NCBI GenBank assembly: GCA_024346625.1 | Contig: AP024664.1 | Coordinates: 3,038,001-3,102,000 of the forward strand | Direction of reading: 5' to 3' | From: Williopsis jadinii | Lineage: Eukaryota | Length of the DNA: 64,000 nucleotides | Part shown: piece by piece, positions 56,002 to 64,000 of the stretch | Numbering within the stretch: the first letter of the stretch is position 1 | Layout of the letters: each line of letters starts with the position of its first letter | Notes under the pieces: generated by a model | Seen by the model: only the letters and a program-made list of their open reading frames with translations | What the model was told of the DNA's origin: nothing | Database searches by the model: none | Translations under genes and position numbers: made by a program

Positions 56002-56814
56002 CTAAACAACCTGTGTACCGTAACCCTTAATATCCTTTGCGAATCTCCAACTCTGGTTCTCAGATTTCAAGTTCTTTTCGAAAACAACCCCCTTCTCCTT
56101 GGTAATCGTAATCAATGAGTACTTGTCGAGAGATCTGGCGTCTCTGTAGTAAAGAACCTTCATACACTCCTCAATGGCCTTTCTTGCAGTCGCCTCATCG
56201 ATACTCTCAACGTCCTCCTCTTTGAAAACAACCTTTCTCAATAATGGAATTGCCAAATGTGCACCAAAGCCCGTGGCGATAGTTGGGGATGAGTATGTCA
56301 CTCCTAAGAGGTCAACGTATTTGAGGAATGGCTTACCATCTTCAAGACCACCAACGACAACAGAGTTCCACAGGGGGTCCATCTTGGATCTTCTAGCGTA
56401 GAACACTTTTTGTAGATACTCATGTATGTGAGGCGCTCTCAAAGAGTGTCCATCGTAGTCATATGAAGTTTCAGTCTCCAATTGTTCGAGCAAACGTCCC
56501 ACCTCTTGAAGATCAGATATGTCACCACTTACACCGACAACGGCGTTCTCCCCAACAGGGAATAGTCTTTCAACTTCTGTGAATCTGGCAAGAGAACCAT
56601 ACGAACCCAGGTTATCAGCAGCAATGATGATACCGTCACGGAACTTCATCGCTATCACGGATGTACCAGTGACAATTGGTTGTTGTGTATTCATCTTTGG
56701 GTATTCACTACTGTTGGCGCTGGAGCCATGTGCGCTCGCATTGGCAATAGCAGTGTTGTATGCGCCGTATGTCGCATCGCTAGGTCTTCCCCATCTAAAA
56801 GGATCGTGGTCCAT
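56002..56814 (-). CDS. PRE4: 20S proteasome beta-7 subunit
   Basis: MDHDPFRWGRP, TQQPIVTGTSVIA, DNLGSYGSL, FAKDIKGYGTQ. Confidence 0.98.
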   Translation of the reverse strand: MDHDPFRWGRPSDATYGAYNTAIANASAHGSSANSSEYPKMNTQQPIVTGTSVIAMKFRDGIIIAADNLGSYGSLARFTEVERLFPVGENAVVGVSGDISDLQEVGRLLEQLETETSYDYDGHSLRAPHIHEYLQKVFYARRSKMDPLWNSVVVGGLEDGKPFLKYVDLLGVTYSSPTIATGFGAHLAIPLLRKVVFKEEDVESIDEATARKAIEECMKVLYYRDARSLDKYSLITITKEKGVVFEKNLKSENQSWRFAKDIKGYGTQVV

Positions 56815-56881
56815 GTTTTGTTTTACTTGTGTCTGGTGTGTTGAGATGAGCCGCCCAGACGTGTTGGTGTGTTTGTTTACA

Positions 56882-56890
56882 AGTGGCGAA
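56882..56890. promoter_or_regulatory. PACE-like (Rpn4) element upstream of PRE4
   Basis: AGTGGCGAA, a variant of GGTGGCAAA, about 70 bp from a proteasome gene start. Confidence 0.55.
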
Positions 56891-57188
56891 TCTTCACAGG
56901 CCGCACAAACACCATCAACACTTTTCCGCGAACACGTTGTGTACTTTGTAGTTTGAGGGGGGGGGGCTAATGGGAAGAGCAGAGCCTACGAGAGGAGCCT
57001 ACAATCGCAGTTGAAACGATTTGACTAAATATGGTTAGAAGGTATATACTCTGTGTGCGTATGGGTGTCTGTGTGTGTTTTCTGCTGCATTTCCTGTGAA
57101 CCAATTGCTTTTCTCCCCGTCTTTCTCGTGCCCTGTTTTATGCTCTTGCCTTGTCATGGAGGCATGAATGTGCGGGAAAGAACATTCA

Positions 57189-57632
57189 TCAGATCAACAC
57201 ACCAGCACCACCGCCGTTGACGGCCTCGATCTCAGCTTCGTCAAAGACAGGCGATTGGAATCTTCTAGGCAGCTGGAACACACTTGTGTAGTCATATGGC
57301 TTATCGCTTGGTTTCAGTCCAGATGGTTTCTGCTGAGCAGGCTGGGAGCTGGCCTTTGGAGGTGGTGATGCAATGACAAGTTTTGGCCATTTCTCCATCA
57401 ATTGGGAGATCTGGAGCGTCCCCTCGCCGTTAGGTACAAGGCCTCCAGAGCCAAAATGCGGCTTCACAGCAGAATCAACAGCTTTACAAAGGTGATGTTA
57501 GTAAACTCCACCATGCCTACACCTTTGGGAAGCCCTTCAGACGGGTTACAGATACTCACCTGTCTTCACGTGTGGTCCGCCAACAAACTTGATGGAAGGA
57601 ATATGCTTAAGTAAACTCTGTGTAGCACGCAT
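57189..57632 (-). CDS. YMR31: Alpha-ketoglutarate dehydrogenase adaptor Kgd4/Ymr31 (MRPS36 family); exons 57632-57560 and 57481-57189
   Basis: MRATQSLLKHIPSIKFVGG N-terminus and LPRRF...DEAEIEAVNGGGA C-terminus. Adjacent to PRE4 as in S. cerevisiae. Confidence 0.9.
57482..57559 (-). other. YMR31 intron (78 nt)
   Basis: GTGAGT...TACTAAC...AAG, phase 1, frame preserved. Confidence 0.9.
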
Positions 57633-57881
57633 TGTATCTGCTGTTGTTGTATCAAAACGCTCAGTATCAACCAACCACAACGAATGAAGAGAGGAGGATT
57701 GTGTTTTCCTACTCGGCCTGAATCGTCCCTCGTTAAAATGTATGGGGGAGGGTTTTTCGCCAATTTTGCGCGCTTCGGGTTTGCGGAGCCTACTCGGTCA
57801 ATTTGGTGTTGGGATGTATTTGAACTACCGGTTGGTTTTATACATAAGTAAGGGTAAGAGCAGAGAGAAGCTATACAGAGC

Positions 57882-58931
57882 TCACAATTTGTGTGCATTG
57901 TAGGACAAGATCTGTGCAACAGAGTCCTTCACGGTCTTTTCCAGTGGGATCCATGTCAACCCAGTGGCCTGTTGAGTCTTTGTTGTGTCGTAGTAAGCCT
58001 GTGTCTTTGCAACCTGTTCCTCAGCACCCTCAGGTTTACCCTTACCAACCTTGCCATCGAGCTCTGGGAATGATTTGTGGATGATGTTCAAAAGGGTTTG
58101 TCCGTTGAACGCGCCATTCACAGGGAACAATCTGAGCCCTGCAAGAGAGTCCTTCTCGATTGGAAGTACGTGCAACTTTGCAACGTCACGTACATCAACT
58201 GACAGACCTACAGGTGCACTGAGGTATTCGGCGTAGTCTGCCGGTGTGGAGAGCAGTTGATGAACTATCTCAGCAGACGTGTTCAGTGTTGGGTTCTCCA
58301 GAGCGTCTTCAAACAGCTGTGGTCCAAGAACATAAGGCGGATTGACAGTGGTCAAGGTGAAATTTGGCTTCTCAGCCTCGACAAACTTTCTAGCAAGCAC
58401 CTCAGCACACTTCTTAGAAGCAGTATAGGCCTTGTACTGATCGTCAACGTCTGACCATTCAATTGGGTTCCAGGTGTCCTCTGTGTGGATGAAACTCTTA
58501 TCACCAGATTTGGATCTGTTGGCAATAGCAGCAAACGAGGAGGTGACAACAACGTGCTTGACCTGTGGTGCATATTCCTTGATTGCCTCCAATACGTGTT
58601 GAGTACCCTTTGTAGCTGGAGTCAAATAAGCATCCTCAAAGGACTTGTTCAACCCGAAGGAGAACGGAGACGCAGTGTGTAACACTTCGGTAATCTCTGG
58701 ATGCTTCTTGAACACATCGTTAAAGGCACCTTCAGCGGCAATGTCTTCAACAAGCTCAAAGGACAAATCACCGTCTGGGTACACCTTCTTGAACTGAGCG
58801 GTAATTTTATCAGCCTTGGATTGCGATCTGACTGTTCCGATGACTCTGTAGCCTTTACGAAGGAGCTCGTCAATGACGTGAAGAGCAATGAAGCCGGATG
58901 CGCCGGTGATGAGGACTGTAACAGGAGCCAT
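57882..58931 (-). CDS. NADPH-dependent aldehyde/methylglyoxal reductase, Gre2/Ari1 family (extended SDR)
   Basis: TGASGFIA, HTASPF, VVTSSFAA, YTASK, NPPYVLGP, VDVRDVA. Exact ortholog unclear in a multigene family. Confidence 0.92.
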   Translation of the reverse strand: MAPVTVLITGASGFIALHVIDELLRKGYRVIGTVRSQSKADKITAQFKKVYPDGDLSFELVEDIAAEGAFNDVFKKHPEITEVLHTASPFSFGLNKSFEDAYLTPATKGTQHVLEAIKEYAPQVKHVVVTSSFAAIANRSKSGDKSFIHTEDTWNPIEWSDVDDQYKAYTASKKCAEVLARKFVEAEKPNFTLTTVNPPYVLGPQLFEDALENPTLNTSAEIVHQLLSTPADYAEYLSAPVGLSVDVRDVAKLHVLPIEKDSLAGLRLFPVNGAFNGQTLLNIIHKSFPELDGKVGKGKPEGAEEQVAKTQAYYDTTKTQQATGLTWIPLEKTVKDSVAQILSYNAHKL

Positions 58932-59946
58932 TTGTGTATAACCAAGTAAAGATTGATTTATTGAGACCGTCAGACACGTTCGCCCCTTCTTGATATATAT
59001 AAGCGATGAAAGTGTGGAGTTTAGTCCGCAATCGATTGAGGTTATGTGGACGATTCGGGAAACTGTTAGCGTGAATGGCGCCCGCGCGTAGTCCTCCGAA
59101 ACAGGTAAACGACGCTTTCCCGTGTTCTCTTTGGGTGTTAACCGTGTGGCACTTAAACTGATAGCATCATGGGGAATTGGACTAGATGAACAATTGGCCT
59201 TAGTTATGGGCTCAATTACGATGGTTATATAAAGGTATTTCTCTCAGCGTATCCTACAAGTTGTGCATAGTTATAGCCGTTATGCCATTTTGGGTTTTCG
59301 AACTGTGTAGGCGTCCCAGTAGCGGATGTTGTTAAGAGAGCTTCAAACTAGTATGGGATGTGATTGCAACTTGGCTTGACATGTCTGAGCCTCAATTGAA
59401 GTGTGTTCGGGAGATGTATGGCTTTGGATACTCCAGTTTCAACAGTAGATCCTAGCTAAGCTGTATTACACGTTTAAGAGACCTTTCTTAGATGTACTTT
59501 AACTTGTATACTGGTGGAGGCATTTCTCCCAATGCTCGATTTCGACTGTTGTGAGAGATGGCAGGACAGAAGGAACAGCTTCAATTGGGCTTGTGGATAT
59601 GATAAGAGGACACGAATCACCTCAATGACAGCTGCTGCGGAGCAACTGTAACAACAATGTTCCAAGACCTACCCCAGAAATGCTGCATGTCCGCGTTATC
59701 AACAGCGTCGCGTCAAGGATCGATAGATGAGTTAGACAAGCTATATAAACCGTGCTAGTTGGGGATTGAAACTCGCCGTTGCTGATTGGAAACTGCACTT
59801 GAACAATTACAACCAAACAATCTACATAACACGTTCAAATTTTGTTTGTAAGAAACACTCTGAAACATGATTAACTATCCATTCACTTTTGCAATAATAT
59901 CAACTCACAAGCTGCTAAACAGACCAATAAACGATTTTCGAAGAAA

Positions 59947-60019
59947 GCGGTTTTAGCTCAGTCGGGAGAGCGCATGACTGAAGATCATGAGGTCCTGTGT
60001 TCAATCCACAGAAATCGCA
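59947..60019 (+). tRNA. tRNA-Phe(GAA), intronless
   Basis: GCGGTTTTAGCTCAGTCGGGAGAGCGCATGACT-GAA-GATCATGAGGTCCTGTGTTCAATCCACAGAAATCGCA followed by a T-tract terminator. Confidence 0.97.
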
Positions 60020-60174
60020 TTTTTTTTTCCTTCGGAAATCGCAACACATTCTGAAATATACGCTTGCATCAGTGTAACTGTCAGAACGGGTACTAAAATC
60101 TTTGTTTACATTTCGCAAATGTTGGTGAAGTACTCACCATTTATTCACGGGATAAGACATCCAAGCACGCACAG

Positions 60175-61668
60175 ATGTCTGAATTATCAACTCCTGTACG
60201 TGGTTCTGACGAGCAAAAGAAGCTCCACGATGAGCTGTTCAAGAAACACCACGTTCTTGCCCCAAGAGATCCAAACGTCTCGCTCTCCTCTACGAAGAGC
60301 GACACCAACGACAGTGCCAATTCAACCTTTGATTCCGATGCTAATTTTTCTATAATCACACACCACCAGGTTGCTAATGACCCACAGACGCCTCGGTACA
60401 GAGAAGAGTTCAAGAGGAGACCAAACACGGACCTGGACTTGTCGCCGGCTGAGCCATCACCACGTAAGAAGATCTTAAACGGCTCGCCACGGAGCCTTGG
60501 TGTGAAGAATGTATCGAACTCTTTACACAAGCTGGCCTTGTCCAATAGTAACACTGGATCAAGTGCACCATCTACTGCTGTGCTGGAATCCCAATCCCAG
60601 CCACCTAGTAGTATCATGAAGAAGTCAAATTTCAACTACGACAGAGAAACTTCAAAGAGAATGGTTGCAAAGATTCCAGAGCTGTCATCAGCTATTGACT
60701 CCAATGGGGAGCTCAACCCACTCAAGGCGTCGAAAGCTGTCACCTTCTCTCCAAGAAAACAGTTTATGAACTTCCCCAAACCGGGGAGGTATTCAAGTCC
60801 TTTGTCAGATGCAATCAATGGGAAGCCTAGATCTGTTAGAAGTCCATACCTTCGGTCACCACGGAAGGTCAAATCAACAGGGACATCTTCAAGCGACTGG
60901 GTAGATGACGATCTACAACAAGAGGAGGACGAAGCAGGCCGCGAACAACAGTCTAAGAAGAACCAATCGAGGAAGAAGAGGTCGTCGTCGTCGACCAGAG
61001 ACGGAAAGGGTATCATGTCTGCGATATTCAATCCTCACACTCCGTATATCATCTCTCTTTATCTCCAGCTGTTGTTCAACGTGGCTATAGTCTCTATCTT
61101 GCTGTACTTTGTATACACTTTTATATCCACAGTGAGAGCAGATGTGGAAAACAAGGTTGATTCATACGCCACGGATATCATCCAGGAGATTGCTATCTGT
61201 GCCAGAGAGTATAGCAGAAATAATTGTCAACCAGGCCATCGTGTTGTTGCACTAGAAGCTGCCTGCTCTGAATGGGAAAAGTGCATGAATAGGGACCCCA
61301 CCACCGTTGGACGTGCAAGAATTGGTGCAGAGACATTTGCCGAGATCATCAATGGGTTCATCAAGCCAATCTCTTGGAAGTCGATGTTCTTCATCGTGTT
61401 CATAACAGTTGGCTCATTAGTGTTGACCAATGCTGCGTTCGGCACGTATAGAAACTACTCCGGAGAGGATCTTCGTCCACCACCACAGCAGTCCTATTCT
61501 GACGTGCCAATGACACCTCACATCCTGCAAACACCTCACCAGACACCGTACAAATCGTTACAGGTGAACCCAGCCTATACGAGATACTACACACCAAAGG
61601 CGTCGTCTCCAAACTCTGGTGCTTTGGTGAGACAGAGAAACAGAAGCGCAAAGAAGGCTAAGAAATGA
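60175..61668 (+). CDS. BRL1: Nuclear envelope/NPC biogenesis protein, Brr6/Brl1 family
   Basis: PYIISLYLQLLFN TM, luminal four-Cys motif (CAREYSRNNC...ACSEWEKCM), AETFAEIINGF, second TM. Length resembles Brl1, position resembles BRR6. Confidence 0.85.
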   Translation: MSELSTPVRGSDEQKKLHDELFKKHHVLAPRDPNVSLSSTKSDTNDSANSTFDSDANFSIITHHQVANDPQTPRYREEFKRRPNTDLDLSPAEPSPRKKILNGSPRSLGVKNVSNSLHKLALSNSNTGSSAPSTAVLESQSQPPSSIMKKSNFNYDRETSKRMVAKIPELSSAIDSNGELNPLKASKAVTFSPRKQFMNFPKPGRYSSPLSDAINGKPRSVRSPYLRSPRKVKSTGTSSSDWVDDDLQQEEDEAGREQQSKKNQSRKKRSSSSTRDGKGIMSAIFNPHTPYIISLYLQLLFNVAIVSILLYFVYTFISTVRADVENKVDSYATDIIQEIAICAREYSRNNCQPGHRVVALEAACSEWEKCMNRDPTTVGRARIGAETFAEIINGFIKPISWKSMFFIVFITVGSLVLTNAAFGTYRNYSGEDLRPPPQQSYSDVPMTPHILQTPHQTPYKSLQVNPAYTRYYTPKASSPNSGALVRQRNRSAKKAKK

Positions 61669-61796
61669 TTGTATAATTGAATGTTTAATACCACGTGATA
61701 CTGTGGACTGTTCTACTCCATGAACTACACAGGTACGTGGACAAGATAGCTCTGTTCCTTTTATGTCTTTGTAGTGTATCGCCTTCCTGCCAGCCG

Positions 61797-62252
61797 CTAA
61801 ACAGTACGTCTATCGGTCAAATAGCGCACAACCGGACCAAGACCCGTCACCTCAACTGTCTTTTCATACCACGCAAGGAGAATGCCTCCTTGCTGCTGGC
61901 CTTTCTTAGAGGCCATTCCTTTGTACAAGTATTTGAGAAGCGCATTTTGTTGTTCTAGTGAGAGTGACTTGACAATCGATGCAATGTCGGTCTGCTTCGT
62001 GGCGCTAAAGATGTCAATCACGGTGTTGAGGTAGAGCTCCTTGGACTGCTCATCTGCTCCGTATGGCGGCTCGTCAACCGCCAGCAGAATAGCATCACCG
62101 TGAGACCCCTTCGAGATCAGTGTACGGATGTTGTTGATCTTGGAACTCACCTCCTGCGAAGACACCGGAGGAACCTCCGGTGTGAGCTCCTCCAAGGTCA
62201 TTGTGTTCTCCGGATCAAGAGCATCAATGTCTATTCTTCTCCAGTCTTCCAT
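61797..62252 (-). CDS. ARC15: Arp2/3 complex subunit ARPC5
   Basis: MEDWRRIDIDALDPE, PPYGAD, LLKYLYKGM, LLAWYEK, GLGPVVRYLTDRRTV. Confidence 0.97.
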   Translation of the reverse strand: MEDWRRIDIDALDPENTMTLEELTPEVPPVSSQEVSSKINNIRTLISKGSHGDAILLAVDEPPYGADEQSKELYLNTVIDIFSATKQTDIASIVKSLSLEQQNALLKYLYKGMASKKGQQQGGILLAWYEKTVEVTGLGPVVRYLTDRRTV

Positions 62253-62539
62253 TCTTTATACGCTCGTCTGTATATTTGTACCAATTGATGGGCAGAGCCT
62301 GGGTTTAAAGGATATCGGGCTAAACAACACACTACAAGGGGGTGTATGGGCGGAGGATCGCAATGGCGGTTCCACCAGGGGGGAATTCGCGGCAGGACGA
62401 GGGCACCGCTCGGAAGCACAGGGCCCAAACCGCAGTGTGGGAAAGCCCAGGCTACGGGGAAAGCTACAAGGGGAACACCAGCAGAGAGGCAGAGACCACG
62501 TACGGCCTATACGGTAGAGGGTGATTAAGCGATAGCTAT

Positions 62540-64000
62540 CTAACCACGGATGATCAAGTCGTCTGGGATACCTTCGTATTCACCGTACTTCAATGCCAAG
62601 TTGATGTTCTGCAAACATTGGGTTGCAGCACCTTTCAAGAGGTTGTCGATGGTGGCCACGACAACGACTCTGTTCTGCTTAGCATTGACAGCAAAGGCAC
62701 CAACGACAACGCCGTGCTTACCGGAGATGTCCTTGACGAGTGGGGCCTCGCCGGACACGAAGACCAATTGTTCACCTTGGTAACGGTCTTGGTAGAGGTT
62801 TCTGATGTCTCTTGATGTCATTGGCTCCTTCAGTGGGATGGAGATGGTGTGGGAGATACCTTGGAACCATTGCGCAACGTGTGGTGAGAAGGCCACCTCA
62901 ACTCCGAGCTGAGACGAGATCTCTCTCTCGTGGATGTGGTCGGTAAGGGAGTATGGAACCAAGTTATTGGACAGGAACTTGATATCGTTCTTTGGAGAAG
63001 GCTTTGTACCGGCACCGGAGTAACCAGAGACACCAAAGATGGTTGGAGTCCCACCAATGAATGGGACCATTGGCTTGAGGGCCACTTGGGCAGCGGTGGC
63101 ATAACAACCTGGGTTGGAGATCTTTCTTGCGTTGGCAATTTCTTCTCTGGAGTTCAACTCTGGAAGACCGTAGACCCATTCACCAGTCTTGTCGAATCTG
63201 TAGTCAGCAGACAAGTCGATGATCTTGGACTTCTTTCCACCATCAGCAGAGTCAATGGCGTCGACGAATGGCTTACAGACACCGTTTGGCAATGCCATGA
63301 CCCAAACGTCAACTTCATTACGTTCCTCTAAACGCTTGATATCTTCAACTTGCAAGTTCTCGTAAATGATCTCAGACTTGGTGTAACCTTCGAGCTTTGT
63401 TCCCTCCAGTTCACGGGAGGAAACGTGAGTCAATTCAAGGTATGGATGTTTGTCAATCATAGCGATCAAGTTTTGGCCGGTGTAACCTCTTGCACCGATC
63501 AATGCAACTCTGGACTTTTGAGTGTTGGTTCCTTCACGGAGAGGTGGGTTTGGGTTAGTCTCGGTGGCCAAAGTTCTAACACCAAAGGCTCTCTTTGGCA
63601 ATGCAACAACCATTGGTCTCTTCTGAGCATGCTGGGTCTTGGATGGCTTTGCAGTTCTCACAGTGGAGAAAGCACGGGATTGTTGAGAACCGGAAAAGGC
63701 GTTAGAGAATGAGCTCTCAGTCTTTGGAATACGAGAGTACTTTGCTTCGAACAGTTCAATCAACTTTGAAACCTGTTTTGGATCTTCAACACCATACCAG
63801 AACAAGATGTGACCATGCTTGGTACAAGAACCATCGGATTTTGTAAAGTACCAGTTTGCATTTGGATCATCTTCCCTAACAACCCACTGCAATGAGGAGA
63901 AGTCCTTCTTCACGGCGTGGAAAATGTTGTCAGAGACGTTGTTCAACCAGCCAGCCTTAGAGGCCAAGAATTTGTCCAAGACAGGAACGTTTCCAGTAGC
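62540..64000 (-). CDS. ARG5,6: Acetylglutamate kinase / N-acetylglutamyl-phosphate reductase polyprotein (5' part outside window)
   Basis: End of DUF619/NAT-like domain, basic linker, then ArgC: IGARGYTG, DLSADYRF, SNPGCYAT, SGYSGAG, IDNLLKGAATQ. Frame is open to the window edge. Confidence 0.97.
   Translation of the reverse strand, partial: ATGNVPVLDKFLASKAGWLNNVSDNIFHAVKKDFSSLQWVVREDDPNANWYFTKSDGSCTKHGHILFWYGVEDPKQVSKLIELFEAKYSRIPKTESSFSNAFSGSQQSRAFSTVRTAKPSKTQHAQKRPMVVALPKRAFGVRTLATETNPNPPLREGTNTQKSRVALIGARGYTGQNLIAMIDKHPYLELTHVSSRELEGTKLEGYTKSEIIYENLQVEDIKRLEERNEVDVWVMALPNGVCKPFVDAIDSADGGKKSKIIDLSADYRFDKTGEWVYGLPELNSREEIANARKISNPGCYATAAQVALKPMVPFIGGTPTIFGVSGYSGAGTKPSPKNDIKFLSNNLVPYSLTDHIHEREISSQLGVEVAFSPHVAQWFQGISHTISIPLKEPMTSRDIRNLYQDRYQGEQLVFVSGEAPLVKDISGKHGVVVGAFAVNAKQNRVVVVATIDNLLKGAATQCLQNINLALKYGEYEGIPDDLIIRG

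Overview
Gene-dense region of a budding-yeast (Saccharomycotina) chromosome using the standard genetic code: CTG encodes conserved Leu, e.g. pyruvate kinase KLRKAGLN. Gene content, short GTGAGT/TACTAAC introns and pre-WGD-type gene order suggest a non-CTG, non-WGD yeast, possibly Cyberlindnera/Phaffomycetaceae (inference). It holds about 32 protein genes: COQ5, an orphan HMG-box gene, an unknown secreted-type gene, AIM2, FLC2, PRP42, CDC19, REV1, ACS1, BOI1/2, BDP1, GPI15, HEM3, CWC2, a GFD2-like nuclease, PRP28, PEX5, UBP13, YHI9, DSN1, TRS20, MTC4, a PPT1-like thioesterase, RMR1, RET2, PDE1, PRE4, YMR31/KGD4, a GRE2-like reductase, BRL1/BRR6, ARC15 and partial ARG5,6. There are two tRNAs (Gly-GCC, intronless Phe-GAA) and seven introns reconstructed by hand. 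I found no mobile element, CRISPR array or convincing novel multi-gene system. The best leads are RNA-level or cis-level: a possible poison micro-exon in the BDP1 intron, an orphan intron between RMR1 and RET2, frequent AAG acceptors, a structured segment between HEM3 and CWC2, a quasi-palindromic 37-bp minisatellite upstream of ACS1, a telomere/Rap1-like 8-mer array, cryptic PTS1 signals, an orphan HMG gene preceded by an ACAAT array, and an AT-rich trough next to PEX5.
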